Below the pieces are notes generated by a model. That model was not told the origin of the DNA. It saw only the letters and a list, made by a program, of their open reading frames with translations, and made no database searches. Both the position numbers and the translations under genes were made by a program. 64,000 bases of DNA from Podospora anserina. Taxonomy: Eukaryota. The stretch is from the NCBI GenBank assembly GCA_017654855.1, contig CM030337.1, forward strand, positions 3,100,001 to 3,164,000, read 5' to 3'. The stretch's first letter is position 1. Each line of letters starts with the position of its first letter. This document shows, in pieces, positions 46,108 to 60,170 of this stretch.

Positions 46108-46349
46108 GTACATAGCCTTGTGTATGAATATTTCCTTTTTCGCTTCCTCAAAGCACTTTTGTCTCCAGTTGTGCAGAAGATCTTCCAGCTGTCGTCGTGT
46201 CCCTCGGTAGGTGGTGTCCCCAGCACGGGCCAATTCTGATTGGTCCGACGGTGGAGCTCGGCAATTGATGCAAGCTGTCAACGACGCCAAATTTGAAGAA
46301 TCATTGGATCAACATCAACCTTTGTTATCCAAGCACCCAAGTCATCAAA

Positions 46350-47314
46350 ATGTCTTTCCGCGTTCAGAAGGCAGCAGCCGCATCATTTCAACGGCTTGTG
46401 AGGTTTGTCAACGCTCAGGGGTCCACCAAGTTTGGTGATCTGAAGACCAGACCAACCGGCGTTAGTCTCGCCGGCGCGGAGGTTGAAGTCCTCGAGGGTG
46501 ATGTTGGCAATGGTTTCCGTGGCACTGGGAAAATAGACAAGATCCAGAAGGTGCGTTGCTCACATGTGGCATGAGAACGTCAGCTGACGTGTTTTTCAGC
46601 TTCTGTGTCCTTTGCCCCAAGTGCATGCGATTATGTGCATTGGACTCAACTATCAGAAGCACGCCACTGAAGCCAATGTATGATCCCCACCCATGCTCCA
46701 TGACGGACTGCCACTGACCAGTATAGCTACGAGTTGCCCCGTATCCTGTTCTCTTCACCAAACCAGCCGATGCTCTTGCTGGGCCTAATGAGGACATACT
46801 AGTCCACCCTGACGCTCAAAGCATGCTCGACTACGAGGGTGAGTTGACAGTGGTCGTCGGCAAAGACGCAAAGAATGTTCCCGAGACAGACGCCCTGAAA
46901 TACGTGCTTGGATACACGGTTGGCAACGACATCTCAGCGCGCTACTTCCAGCTGCCAGAGACATCAGGTGGCCAGTTTTGTTATGCCAAATCCTTCGACA
47001 AGTTTTGCCCCATTGGGCCTTGTATCGTGTCCCCTAGCCTGATTCCAGACCCGCAAAAGCTCCAGCTTGTCACCAAGGTCAATGGGCAGGTGAGGCAGCA
47101 GACCGAGACGTCGGACATGATTTTTTCGGTGGCCAAGATTATCTCTCACCTCAGCCGTGGAAGGACACTGCGGAGGGGAACGGTTATTCAAACCGGGACC
47201 CCGAGTGGAGTCGGTCTGTTCATGGAGCCCAAGGGGTTCTTGAAGAATGGGGACGTGGTTGAGGTGTCAATTGATGGATTGGGGTCGATTAGCAACAAGA
47301 TGGTGTTTGAGTGA
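46350..47314 (+). CDS. Fumarylacetoacetate hydrolase (FAH/FAHD)-family protein
   Basis: CIGLNY, LFTKP, DYEGEL, GNDISAR, AKSFD, TGTPSGVG; introns 46551-46599 and 46678-46726. Confidence 0.93.
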
Positions 47315-47565
47315 GGCAGAAAAAATACCCAGATTCTTCATAATACCTACCCCGCAATCCATTAGCCAAGTGAACCCAGTGACCTGGGGACGCTAACATG
47401 GCTAACTCGCTTAGCGGGCGTTTGAGGCCACGCTACCCCGCGCTAGTGGCGATCAGCGGCAGTCGCAATTCGTCCGTCTCTGGCAAAACTCCCCGAAAAC
47501 AACCATGCGGCCCTCGGGCAGATTTCATAAACCCACTGCCCGGGCACCTGTTCAGCAGGTGAGAT

Positions 47566-50191
47566 ATGCCGTCTTCACTTCGCGACCAACATTACCCCCG
47601 AACCATGGCGGAACCTCAGGCACACGCAAATCCACAGCAAGAGACAGGACCATCGCTGTCCGACGCGTCTGCGGCCAAACTCGCGTGCTACGCTTGCAAG
47701 AGGAGAAAGGTGAAATGGTATGTATGTGTGGATCTGTCGTCTCCAACCTCGACCTCTTGACTGACCGCATGACGTAATGGCAGTGACCGTCAACTACCTG
47801 TCTGCTCGCTCTGCCAAAAGCTCAGTGGACAATGTGAATATCCAACTCACGCCGAGAAGCCCGGTCCAAAGACTGGTGGTAAGCCGTTTTGTCAGTGATA
47901 TGCCTCATTATATACCTTCTTTCATGCAGTGAATGATATCTGACGGCATTGTATTCATCAAATCTGTAAAGGCGAAAGTTCAAATACTTACATATGTTCA
48001 TTCAGGCCCTCTTCAAGGCAACAAGCGTCGAAGACTTGATCAAGCGTCTGTGTCCAGCAGTGTCAGTCATGACCCATCCCTGAATGCCACTGGACATCGG
48101 CATACCACATCATTCGAGCTTGCTCGGCGCAGTTCCATTGCAGTATCATCTCCGACTTACAGCACAAGTCACGATGATTCCCGTACTCGAGCAGACGATG
48201 ACCTCCATTCCCGGCGAGAGGTGACCTCGCCTCTCTCAACTGGTGAATCGTCAGTAAGAATTCAGCCAACAAGTGCCCCCATCTTCTCTCGGATCATGTA
48301 CCCGTCTCATGAAGCACAGACACGCCCACAATCTCCTTCCACAGTGGACGCTTCACCTGGCCATCAAGACAATGCCATTCCCATCACCATCCAGACTGTT
48401 TGTGATGCTCTTCGGATATCAAGAGCAACATACGATGTGTTGATGGAGTCCTACTTCACCAACATGACATCATTCACCCTGTTCCGGCCAGGAAGTATTG
48501 AAGCCAAGTTCGCCATGATGCAGTTTCACTCGGACGCCGAAGCGCTGATAGCTGCCATGTTCTCCTTCTCCACCAGACATTGCCAAGATCGTGAGGACTG
48601 CCCAAGTCCGACCTACTTTGCAAAGATTGCCTACTCGAAGCTGGACGAATCAGTCGATAGTTATGGCGACAATCCCCCGCCATTCTGGCTTCTACAAGCA
48701 GGTGTTCTTGTCACCTTTTACCAACTCACCATGAGCGTCCGCTCTCGGTCGTGGAAGAAGCTTGGTGACTGCATCAGATATTCGTACGACTTGCACCTGC
48801 ACATGGTTGATGCAAACCATGACCCAGTCAAAGACAAGAACCCGGTCAACATCCAACGCTGGTCGTTGATGGAAGAACGGAGAAGAGCTTGGTGGGCTGT
48901 CTGGGAAATGGACGTCTTTGCCAGCACTATTCGACGACTGCCGACGGCCATAGACCCTGAGATGAACCTCACCATGCTCCCAGTGCCAGACAGTTGTTGG
49001 TTCAATGACGTATACCAGGAAAGCTGCTTTCTTGCTCAGGACTGCAGTCTCAGGTGGAAGCAACTTGCCCAGTCAGGCAACCAGAGCGCCAAGGCCTGGT
49101 TCATAGTGATGAACTCTTTGATGCGCAACACACAGCGCATCGTGTATCCAGTGGGATCGGCTCTGCAGTCGATGAACGAAAACCACATGGAAACCAACCA
49201 AGACGAACTCAACATCATGGCCAACACCCTCTACTGCACCGTCACTTCTTTTCCGACCAGTCTCGTCTACCAGGGGGAGACTCTTGACTTTCGACCAAAA
49301 GCTTCGGCTCAAAGCAGTCCCGATGGCATCAACCCAAGACAGGAACATGCCGACAAGTATTCCCTCCACCTGATGACGCAGCTCTGTCGGTTCATGATCT
49401 ATCATCACAAGATCTGTGCTCGAACACCGTGGCTGGCCCACCAAAAGGGTTCCAATGATGGCGGGCAGGGAGAAGGAAACAACGACCCACGAGATGCTCA
49501 GCAAGCCAACTCTGAGTGGTCCAACTACATCAACGCCTCGGATGAGATCGTCACCGTGGTCCGCAACAGCTCCCGGGACCACTACAAATTCGTCAACCCT
49601 TTCCTCGTCAACACTCTCTGGTTTGGAGCCGCGGCACAATGTGCCTGCAAAGTCTTTGGACCCGCATCGTTCAACAAACGGCTCACGATCTCCAACCTTG
49701 ACCTTTTGAAACTTACCATTGACCGTTACATTTCCTTCTGGGGGGGCATGGAGAACCTCAAGGGGAAATTGGCTCGGATTGAGACAGCCCTGCAGAGTCT
49801 GATGGCTGGGCATGGGAGACCGAACGAGCATCCGCAGGATAGGCGCCAACAAAAACAACCACTGTCACACATCCAAGGGAGCAATGGTGCTAGTATTAAT
49901 GACCTGGCTACGGTGGCCATGCAAAGACTTCCTGGTGTTACTGGTGATGCTGCCGTGTCATCATCGCCACTCCTCGTCAACATACCCGGTATTGGTCCCC
50001 CACAACCACCACCAAACCCATGGTCAACATTTGGACCGACGGACGTCTGCGGTGACTTTATCCATCCGGGGAATTTCACAACAGGGTTGACTCCAGGCGG
50101 CCCCAACTTTTACGGTCACGGGGACCCGATGGACTTTTCACCGTTTGGGCTGGAGGAGCTGCTGATGGCGAGCATGATGATGGATACGTAG
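47566..50191 (+). CDS. Zn(II)2Cys6 transcription factor with fungal-specific TF domain
   Basis: ACYACKRRKVKC|DRQLPVCSLCQKLSGQCEY across intron 47718-47783; second intron 47879-48005; EERRRAWWAVWEMDVFAS. Confidence 0.93.
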
Positions 50192-50831
50192 AACTGAACG
50201 GCATACTGCCTAACTTCGCTGCGAGCTTCTAGGGATAGCACTTAATCTTGGGTGTGTTTGTTGTAAAAAGTTAATTCGTTCTTGTCAACCGTCATAACTT
50301 GTCACTCTCTTCCGTAAACGCAGAAAGGTCTTGTACTGAATCCCCACCACCAACAACTACCCAGCACCCTGCGGTTAGGACTCCTATTACCGCCTATTCC
50401 CAATCAAATTTGTTCAAGAGAATTATGAGACTAGGGACGATTCTTCAATATCTCAGGGGTAGCCAATGAGTAGTTGGTCTAAATCTGGGGAGAAAATGCA
50501 GCAGTGCACGCCACATTTGCTTTGAGTTTGACTTGATTTATGAATGGTTGGTAGTGTAAAGCAAAAGGAGCCCTTAAACTATGTGGTACAAATTTAATCC
50601 CAGATATTTACGAAGCTCCATTGCTTCACGGGAAAGCTTTTTGGAGGCTTGAAAAAGTTGTTCAAACGCCTATCAAATGAGTACATCATCTTCCATACTG
50701 GGGAATTCCTTGCTGGATGTCAACTATCCTTTGGTAGCAGCTTTATTTGTAAATCGATATAGGTACGGAATTAAATACCATCTTGTCACCATGAACATCC
50801 ATCTCTTACACGTCTTCCAAATTCTCAATCA

Positions 50832-52909
50832 TCATACATTCATCCCCTCAAAATATCTCTCCACGCCCTCCACATCATCAACCTCCAAAACGGCACCAAT
50901 ATACCCATCAGGCCTCACAACCACCGTACAGCCAACCTGTCGGTCAATCTCAAGCCTCTCATATGCTCTGCCATGACCATCATGCACGCTCTCCACATCA
51001 GCAAACACCCTCCAAAAATCATACCCGCTCTCGTCGCTCCAAGGGCGGTACACTTCTGGCAGTGCCGAAAGATCCACCAGATCCCGCTCAGCACAATGTA
51101 CAACCACAACCTCCACCAATGGCTCTTGTTCCGACTGAGGCATCACGACATGCTTCAGAGACTTGCTCTCGCCCAAATACTTGCCCACGTCATGTAACCT
51201 CTTGGACGCAGTAGAGTCCGAGATGTCGCCAGCGAAAATTATGACTCTGAACTGCCCCGTGGCACTCAATCTCTGGTGCATCCAAGTTGGCACCCCATCA
51301 GCTTGATATACCACTCTGAAGTCGGGAAGCCTCTTTCCCGGCACCAGGTCTGCCTTGAGGAGGCTGGGTCCCAGCTGCTCGATACCCTTGGGCAACTGCA
51401 CAGCACAAGAAGGTGGGTAACGAATCGACAACCCAGTCGTGAACTTCAAGGCCTGTAGTATTTCAGTATCAAACTGTGCAGACGGAGCTGCAAACAGTTT
51501 CAGGAAGCCCTTGTCGAACGCAATGAGGTCCAGTGCCACTGGACGTCGCTCAGACTCATACGTCCTGAGAAGGTCCTGCCGTGCGCCAGAAGAACGGACT
51601 TTTCCTTCGAGAGTAAGTCTAAGCTTCCAACCAAGGTTGTACGCGTCTTGAATCGACGTGTTCATGCCCTGACCCGCCTTGGGCGAGTGCGTGTGAACAG
51701 CATCACCAACCAAGAAAGCCCGCTCATTAAGCCGAGAGAAGTGATTGCCCACCCGCTGACGCACCCGGTATGCTGACCACCACGAGACAGAACCAACTTC
51801 CATTGTATAAGGAGCAATGATCTTGCGAGCGGCATCCATGACACGGTCGAAAGTCAGGTCCTTGGGGTCAGGGAGGGCTGTGCCGCTCTCCACAGGGATG
51901 TACATCCTAACCTCCTTGTTGCTGCGAGGTACCAGGAGGATGGTGCCAGATGCGGCGCGTAGATAGCAGACCCTTCGAATATCTGGGAAGTTGGACTTGG
52001 GGATTATATCCACCACGCCAAAGACCGAGTCTGTGAGATCTCCTTCCAAAGAGACGTCGAGCTGCTTGCGGAGCCAGCTGCGGGCACCATCACAGCCGAC
52101 GATGTACTTGGCCGAGATCTTATCCGAGGGAGCATCATGTTCATTTGGTTGATGTCCATTCTGCCCGTTGATATGGTGCCCATTTGTGGCATGGCAGTTA
52201 GTCCCCTGTCGACAATGTTAGCCAACGATACTTCTCACAGATCACGGCGGTCTTACGTTAGTAGTGTCCCCATTAGTAGTATTTATGTTGGTAGTAACCT
52301 TTTCTAGGGAGACAGACACGGGAAATGTATCTGCTTCATGGACACAAGATGTGTCAACGTCAACAGAGATTGGAGCCGTGCTGTACCGAATCTCAATATT
52401 ATCATGAGAGAGAATATTGTGAAGCATGTGGTGCTCAACTCGTGCTGCAACATAGATTAGCCTGTGAGTTGGGGGTAAAATCCAAACTGGGAATATTCTT
52501 ACACTGCTGGAGCATCGTCTCCCGAGGCTTGCCAAGTTCAGCGACCTTGTCCGGAATGACTTGTTCTCTGACAATGCCTTCACCTCCATCTTTGCGTGTG
52601 CCCCAACAGGCAATTTCCTCGAGCCTCCATGATTCGGCCGTGACTTGAGGTCCAATACCGTAAGAGTCAAAGATCTCGTTGGTCGTACTCTTGAGACCCT
52701 CTGCTTGCCCACGAGGTGTTGGGCCTGGCTTCTTGTCGACAATAAGCACCTTGATGTTGGCGCCACGGAACCAGTTTGCCAATGCCAAGCTACAAGACGG
52801 TGTTAGTGATAAGCCATAGTCTAGACGATATGGAGAGGCAGTGTACCTACCCTGCAGGCCCAGCGCCGACGATGAACAGATCGACTTTGGTGGAGGCGGG
52901 AGGAGACAT
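50832..52909 (-). CDS. Phenol 2-monooxygenase-like FAD hydroxylase
   Basis: MSPPASTKVDLFIVGAGPAG|LALA..., GQAEGL, YIVGCDGARSWLR, LVGDAVHTHSPKAGQGMNTSIQDAYNLGWKL, VVVRPDGYIG; introns at about 52850-52790, 52502-52445 and 52256-52206. Confidence 0.92.
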
Positions 52910-54104
52910 GTTGTGCAGTATCGGATAATCAGAACACGGGCTTGCTGTCGATGCGTGATGTTTATCATGGACGCACTGCGGTGTTCCGGGGACCTGGAGG
53001 GTGGGTATAGACCGATATCATTGGTCACTTCGGGCGGTAGCTGCGATGAGGCCCGCGGAGTCCCCGGTTGCCAATTAGTTTCTGGCGGGCCGCAGATCAA
53101 GCGGGCCGTCTTTAGGTGATTGTCATTCCAGGCGGTGACGTGGTTTGAGCAGGATGGCAGGGCAGGTTCAAAGAACTACTGTTTACTACGTGGGGTTCCT
53201 GTCATCCAAAGCCATGGCATGTAATTACCCCTCCGCCCATGTCTCACCTTCCCCACCACCAAGTCACCTCATTCCGTCATGACTGCGCCTACCCATGAAT
53301 CCTCCACGGTTGCTTGCCGTCGTCGGCAAGAGTTCAAGCGCGCTTGCCTTGGCTCCAGTCTTTCAGAATCTAGGTCATTCAGCTCTGCCGGAAAACATGC
53401 CTTTGACCTCTCATTCGCCGAACTCAACTGATGCAAATCTATTTCCCGGTCCTCAGCTAGGAACTTCCAATGCCGCTGGCTCCTTCCGGTATCTGGCCGG
53501 CCCGGAGGCCAGCTGGATAGCTGGATGATGTATCATGACATACCCTGGGAAAGGGTCGCTAAACTACACAATGCACATCGCCATGGTTGAATCTCTCTCA
53601 TTGTCCGAATCAGCATCGAGAACTTGATCAAGGAGAAAACAGCATCCTTTGTCAGCAGCGAACAACCACCAATCAGACAGTTGTCGTCATTGACTTGCTA
53701 TCAACCCGCTCTCTCACAAATCCGGCGAACTCGCCTCACCGCAATATTTGCACATCTAAAATGAAACAATTGCATCATCCACCCCCCAGTGGCTCGGTGG
53801 ACCATGTAAGCATTCGGACGAGGCAGCCAGGGACCCTTCCTGCCGTGACCTCGTACCTGCGTGCATGAGGAAGATCGTTTCCATTACTCGGCCAGAGCGA
53901 CACTTTACGCGTGGTCGATCATAGGGGTCCACTGGCATCCTGGCGCGAGTGGCAGGCACCCTCCTGAAGCTGGGAGACGACACCAGAAGGGTGGACTTTT
54001 ATATACGGCCAAGGTGGTCACACAACTGCCCGCTACTGCCTTGAACCCCTACACCATCTTCTCCTTAATAGCCTGTAAGCTCAACAGAAGCAACCACCAC
54101 AGCA

Positions 54105-55365
54105 ATGGCCACTTCAGTCACATCCACCAAGACCCGTCCCCTGGATAAACACACTCTAAGACACTCGCACGACCTTCCACTTCCCAAAGGCCCCGACGTT
54201 CTCGATATTCGCTCCTCTCAGGAATCACTGCTACATAACTTGGACTCCAAGATTCTTGAAGGCCTCAGCCAACCACAAGGGTCCAAGTCCTTTCCTTCCC
54301 TGCTTTTGTGGGGAGAGAAGGGTCAAGTCTTGTACGACGATGTTCTGGAAGCTCCGGAGTATTACCCATACCGAGTAGAAGATGAACTTTTGCAGCAACG
54401 GGTCGACGACATTGCCAGAAAAGTGGCTTCCACAGGTACCGACATGCTCATCGAGCTGGGAGCAGGCAACATGACCAAGACAGCTCAATTTCTATCAGCT
54501 ATCGACAATTACATCAGCTCTCCACTCGTTTACTACGCCCTCGACGTAGACCAGGCCTTGTTGGAACGGTCTATTGTTGCCTTGAAAAGGCGTGTCACGT
54601 TTCGACATATCGAAGTCCGCGCTCTCTTCGGGACTTATGACGACGGAGCAAACTGGCTCGCCAGTCCCGAGATTGCCGCCTATCGGAGGACACTCATGTT
54701 TCTCGGAAGCAGCATCGGGAATGACGAGCAGGATGCTGCTGTCAGGTTCCTGAGCTCATTTACCCAAGCTCCTGAGACAGGTGTTCCCCAGAATGTGGCG
54801 GGCTTTCTACTGGCGGTTGATGGATGCCAAGATGCGGCGAAAATTGAGGCTGCTTACGATGTGCCAGGCGGGTATTCCCGCCGGTGGGTGAAACAAGCGC
54901 TGGAGTATGCACGGGAGCTATTGGGTGAGGGCATCGATAGGGCTGAGGTTGACTGTATTTTTGATGACAACAATTGGAAGTTTGAGGGAAGATGGTTACC
55001 TGAGCGTCAACGATACCAGACATATCTCACCACGACGTGCTCTCTCACGGCAACAATTAGGGGACAAACCATCACCTTGGAGGAAGGGGAGAGATTACCA
55101 ATCATCAGCAGTGGCAAGTGGACAAGGGAGACGGTGGACGGGGTATCTCTGAAGGCCGGTCTCAGCATCGAGAAGTCTTGGAAGAATCCTGAGTTTGATT
55201 ACAGTGAGTACTCGTTTTCATCAAGTTCAGCCAACATCCGTGCTAAATGCGGAAACAGACATTTATTGGCTGCAGCCAAGCCTCAAGAGGGTGGACAGTG
55301 GCATTGTCATTATTGATGAGCTCGAAGCGGAGGGACATGATCAGGTGCATCACCGCAACGAGTGA
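54105..55365 (+). CDS. EgtD/EasF-like (Methyltransf_33) SAM-dependent N-methyltransferase, stand-alone
   Basis: KSFPSLLLWGEKG, PEYYPYRVE, IELGAGNMTKT, YYALDVD, GTYDDG, FLGSSIGN, IEAAYD, SGKW; intron 55204-55258; stop 55363-55365. Confidence 0.9.
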
Positions 55366-56196
55366 AGGGAAACGAAGGATCTCTGCACAGCCGGCTGTGT
55401 TATCTTGCACAATTTGATAGACCATAATGTGCCAATTGCATGACGTCTCCAACATTGATCCTTCATGTGCCCGCCCACTACTGCAGCAAGCCACACATGC
55501 TGGTCAACAAACTTGCACCTTCAAGGCGTGCCACTATCTCAGACCACTTTTCCTGCCACTGAGATCACGAAAGGCTTGAATCCGAGATGATACCGATGAA
55601 CCCCATCCGCACCTATAGCATCAACGCCATAAGCACTCAATTTCCACGTCTTCTTCAAAATCCCCCAACCTCGTACTTTTCTTTTTGCCTTTCCAATCAA
55701 TCTCTCACGATCAATCCACGTTGAGGTGGGCAGACCGAGAACTTCAGCTCTCTGCACTCTGCAGATCATCACCCACTTGGGATGGTTGCATACATGTACA
55801 CCCTTCCTAGCTCCGCCCCGGCGCGCCGGCGCGGGCGCGGCCACCGTCGATCATATAGGACAGGGATAGCTCGGGGAGCTCATGATGTAACCGTACTTGT
55901 ATTTTAGGGTGCAATGCAGCCTCCACAATCAGTGTACAGGTACGTCGCCGCGGCCGGGTGAGGGATACGGGATGGGACGGAGGGTTCTCCGGTGGGGTAC
56001 CAAGTTCGGCGGCCATCATTACCAGCCATCCGTTGCGCTGAAGTGACTCCGCGGAAACGCAGGCGCGTCTATCAAACAGACCGGTGGCTCGGTCTTGCTG
56101 TCAGATCATTCTTTGAGTCTCACCCATTCGCTCTCATTGCTGTCTCATCAACTACCTATCCTTGGCTGCTACCTTTGCGGGGTTGTGTGGATCACT

Positions 56197-56252
56197 GTTC
56201 TGAATGACGACCAAATGTTTCACCGTTCTGAATGACGACCAAATGTTTCACC
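56197..56252. repeat. Perfect 28-bp tandem duplication
   Basis: GTTCTGAATGACGACCAAATGTTTCACC at 56197-56224 and 56225-56252. Confidence 0.95.
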
Positions 56253-56645
56253 TTGACCGCCTTCCAAGACCCCCCCTTCCTATACCGTCCCTGGAATGCT
56301 GTGCGATGTCTTCCAGATCTTTGAAACCCATTCCTGCGGTGGTCGAATAACGCACTCTCCCCCGTCCGACCTCCCACAGCAGCAAAGTTGGACCCTTGAA
56401 CCATGGTGCATTAGCAGCTTCAATAAGCAATGTGAGCTCTCAGATCAAGCAAAATTGATGTGTCAAGAAAACAGGACTACCTTCAGGTCAAAGGGAGATT
56501 CGACCAGATCCCATTCATACCAACGCAGCTAATCCTGACATTACCATTATCCCCAACCCAAACCCTCTTTTCCATGTCCAAACTCCTCAGTAAACCACCA
56601 GATCCAACTTGTCTTACACTACATCAACTTTACAGAAATGATCCA

Positions 56646-58649
56646 TCACGCGTTATCGCCCTCACTATCCGACTCCGAGACAGCACCATAGCCTTGATGA
56701 CTTCGACTCCGTTCTGGTCTCTTGGGCTTGGACGCACCCGGCGACTGATGAAGCTGCCCCTCCCTCATCACAAAGCTAGTGATCAGCCCCATGACACCAA
56801 ACACCACGCAGAATACTAAGATATCGGTTAGTACAAAAGTTCAAGTGAGTCAACGTCTCAAAAGCAAAAACACTTACACCAAATATTAACAAAGCTCCTC
56901 TCATAGGCCTTGAGCACAATATCCGCAATCTTCTCTGGCAACCCATCAATGGCGTCAAAGTTGGAGAGCACATCTCTGATGATCTGCTCCTTGTCTGGCA
57001 GGTCAGGCAACTTGTCTCTCAGGGTGCTTTCCACAAAAGAGGCAATGAGAAGGGAAGCAGTGCTGACACCCAGCAGGCTCCCGATGTTCATGCTGAGGTA
57101 GAAACCGGAAGTAGCCACCGCTACCTGGCTTGACTCGAGCCCTGATGTGAGCGCAATGAACGCTGCCGACAGGGAGACACCAAAGCCAACACCAATGGGG
57201 AACCCATAGAGAGTCTCCCCCCAGTGCGTCACCCCCCGCCATCTCAAAAAGATGGCCAGAAAGCTGAGGTTAGACAGGATAGCAGCAATGTTGGTGATGA
57301 GACGGTACAACCCGGTCCGTTTAATGACATAGCCGCTGATGAGACTTCCAGCAACGGTGCCCAATGTCACGACAAGCAGTCGGAGGGAGGACGTGGTGTT
57401 GGTGTCGCTCATTGTCACGCGGAAGTAGAGCGGGATGGATGTGTAAAGCGCTACTTGAGCAGCTGTAAAAACGAACTGGATCGCGTAGGCTGATACAACA
57501 TTCCGCTTCCGCAGCAGCCTCAGAGGGAAGATTGGTTCTCTTGCCCAGAAAGCTTCCACCAAGAGAAAGACTACCAAGAATCCCAACCAAGTCGACATTG
57601 GCACCATGGCCATGGCGTTGTGGACCAGGTTTTCAGGGCCCTTTTCGATTTGGTCAAGAAATAGTAGCAAAGACACATTGGCGATGGCCAAACTGGTTGA
57701 TCCTGAGAGATCAATCCGTTTGAACTTGGCGTAGGCAGTCTCCTCGGTGGTTGTCGGATTCCGCCCAACTGCCTTTGTGTCTGGAGCAGTTGGCTTGGGG
57801 AACGACATCTTTGCCCAAATGAAGATGAGCCCTGCGAGGTTGAGAGGTACGTGGTACAGAAGAGCCCATCGCCAGTTTGTGCTATCAGAGATGATGCCGC
57901 CAAGGGAAGGACCCAAAGCTCTGCCGATCTGGTTGATGGCATAAACGTAGCCTCGCCAAACCGCAACCTCGCGCATGGGCACCAGGTCAACGATGAGGGT
58001 TGAGATGAGCACTGTGATGCCGGCATTGCCAATTCCGCAAAGAGACCTTCCCAGCAATAGACCCCAAAACGAGAAGCCAGCGCCTCTGATGTACCGGTTA
58101 GCCTTCACGTTCTAGTAGAGAAAGCAGAGGGACATACTTACGCTATCGTTGCACCTACGCAGTAGCAGATGTATGCAAACAGGAGAAGTGGTTTCCGTCC
58201 ATAGATATCACTCAGCTTTCCGTACAAAGGCTGCGCAGCAATGATGCCAATGATGTATGCGTTGATGATCCAACTCGCCGAACTTAGTTGTTCGAATTCG
58301 GATGCAATGTCTCGAAACATGGCCATCAAGATGGCACTATCGGAATTGACGAGAAAGACGCCTGTCGCAAGAGGCGTTGCGTTAGAATAGATTGGTGGTC
58401 TATCTCACGCAGTAACATACCAAGCAGAAGCACCAAATTCTTCTTCCATTGCCCGTTGTCCCAGCTCTGCTGTGATCCTACTGTGGAAGTCGGAGAGAGG
58501 TCCCCATCTGAAGCAGCCAAACCATCCTGTTCCTCGTTTGCAGCGGCATTCAGCGTTTCTGGAGAAACGTTCAGGGTAGGCTGGCGCAGCAGAAAGGTCC
58601 TCTCTCCGACATCATCTCGAATTTCTTCGTCCTCTATCCTATCGACCAT
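56646..58649 (-). CDS. MFS transporter, DHA2/Vba-like 14-TM family
   Basis: WIINAYIIG..AQPLYGKLSDIYGRKP, LLGRSLCGIG, WRWALLYHVPL; three introns at about 58419-58363, 58141-58086 and 56877-56817; last exon ends ...SEGDNA* at 56646. Confidence 0.9.
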
Positions 58650-60170
58650 CTTGTCGAAGTGGAGATGCGAGGGGGGGGTGGTCAGTCGTCAACAAGGACG
58701 CAGGAGGTGAGGGAGGACAAATGCCGAAATAGAGCCCGCTTGAAGATGGCTTTCCAGCGAATTTGGGCGGGCGTTGCTTTAAGAGAATGCGGTGTCGGAC
58801 CAAAATCAAGACACTGGGAGTGGAACAGAAACTTCGTGATTGAGATTGAGATTGTGTCTGGTGCAACTGAGACCGGAAGGAATCAGAAAGATGGAAGGGT
58901 GAACACACCCAGCAAACGGTCCCCCAGGAGAGCCCCAAGCCAGCAAAGAACACAATGGCAATCGACACTCTCGGCGATATCCCTACAGGGTTGCCACCCG
59001 TTTGTGATGGGCCCGATTGCAAATCAAATCGCCCTGATCTCACTCACCCCACCGATGACAAAATAGGCTATCTATCTCTTTCCCTCTGGAATCTAACAAC
59101 ATGTGGACGCGGGACTTTCTGCCGGGGCCGTTCCTTCCGTCTCATTCCTCTTCAGCAGGCAGGCAGGCAGAGAGCGCCACCTCACCGCCAACCCCTCCTC
59201 GTCGTGCCTTCCATTGTCCATTGTCCTGATAAATGTGACCCACCTTATCCCGGCTTCTTTCGGAGCAACCATGTTTTGGGACATGGAATTGCGTGCCAGT
59301 CGGTCCCTTTCCTCTTTCATTGCAAATGACGAAAAATAACAGGGCTCGACTGAGGTGTCTCGGCTGGATCCAGAAATCCGTCAGTCGATGACGGTGAAGA
59401 AGCAACTGTCTACCAAACACATGTCTCGCCAACCTCCCTTTCTGGAACCACGGCCACCACCATTGGCTACCTGCGGCCCAATGGCCCCCCATCCAGCACA
59501 GACCACAGCTCCATGTTCGGCAACCGGGGACCCAACAAATCGGATCGACCTCAGCGATCCCTGTGCAGATCTGATCATCAAAGAATGACCGAAGTCGCCG
59601 ACCTCATCTGTGCGATACATACGTTGGCAACCCCACCGTCTACTCCAAGCTGCCAAACTTGATGGCTCACGTCCAGTCACCGCCCGCAAATCAGCCTATC
59701 ACGCCCAAACGCCTCGTGTCGATCCTCCATCTGCCGCTGTCAATATGGCGCTTGTGGGGTTGACTCAGCCCATGCAGGTTGATGCCGTCCTCCATTCTCG
59801 TCACTGTATCTTACCTCAACGAAACACGACTTGTGTGGCCACAGGAGACCTGCATATCCAAGTCACGAGTAGATCCCCAAGATCGTTGCGTTTGATGCCT
59901 GAACTGGCTGGTGACCGCCTCGCACCACGGAAAACACAGGAAAAGCTCAATAGTGGCTCTTTTAGCACTTTCCCACCCCTGTGACTCAGCTGGCGTATAT
60001 TATAGCCGTTTTTCAAAGAGGTACAACACCAACCACACCACTGCGACCCAAATCCTCCCTACAAAAGACCATTCTAGATCGATAGCTAGGTCGCCGGTTT
60101 ACCCTCCCTACGCAGCTTCTCACATCAGCAGAAACGCACTTTGCAAGCTCGAATCAGTCCGGTGACCATC

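Noticed and set aside
54105-55365. Calling the methyltransferase egt1 or easF
   Set aside because: It lacks the sulfoxide-synthase domain of Egt1 and no DMATS or ergot genes are in the window, so no symbol was assigned.
56197-56252. Possible CRISPR-like repeat
   Set aside because: Only two directly abutting copies with no spacer, in a eukaryotic context.
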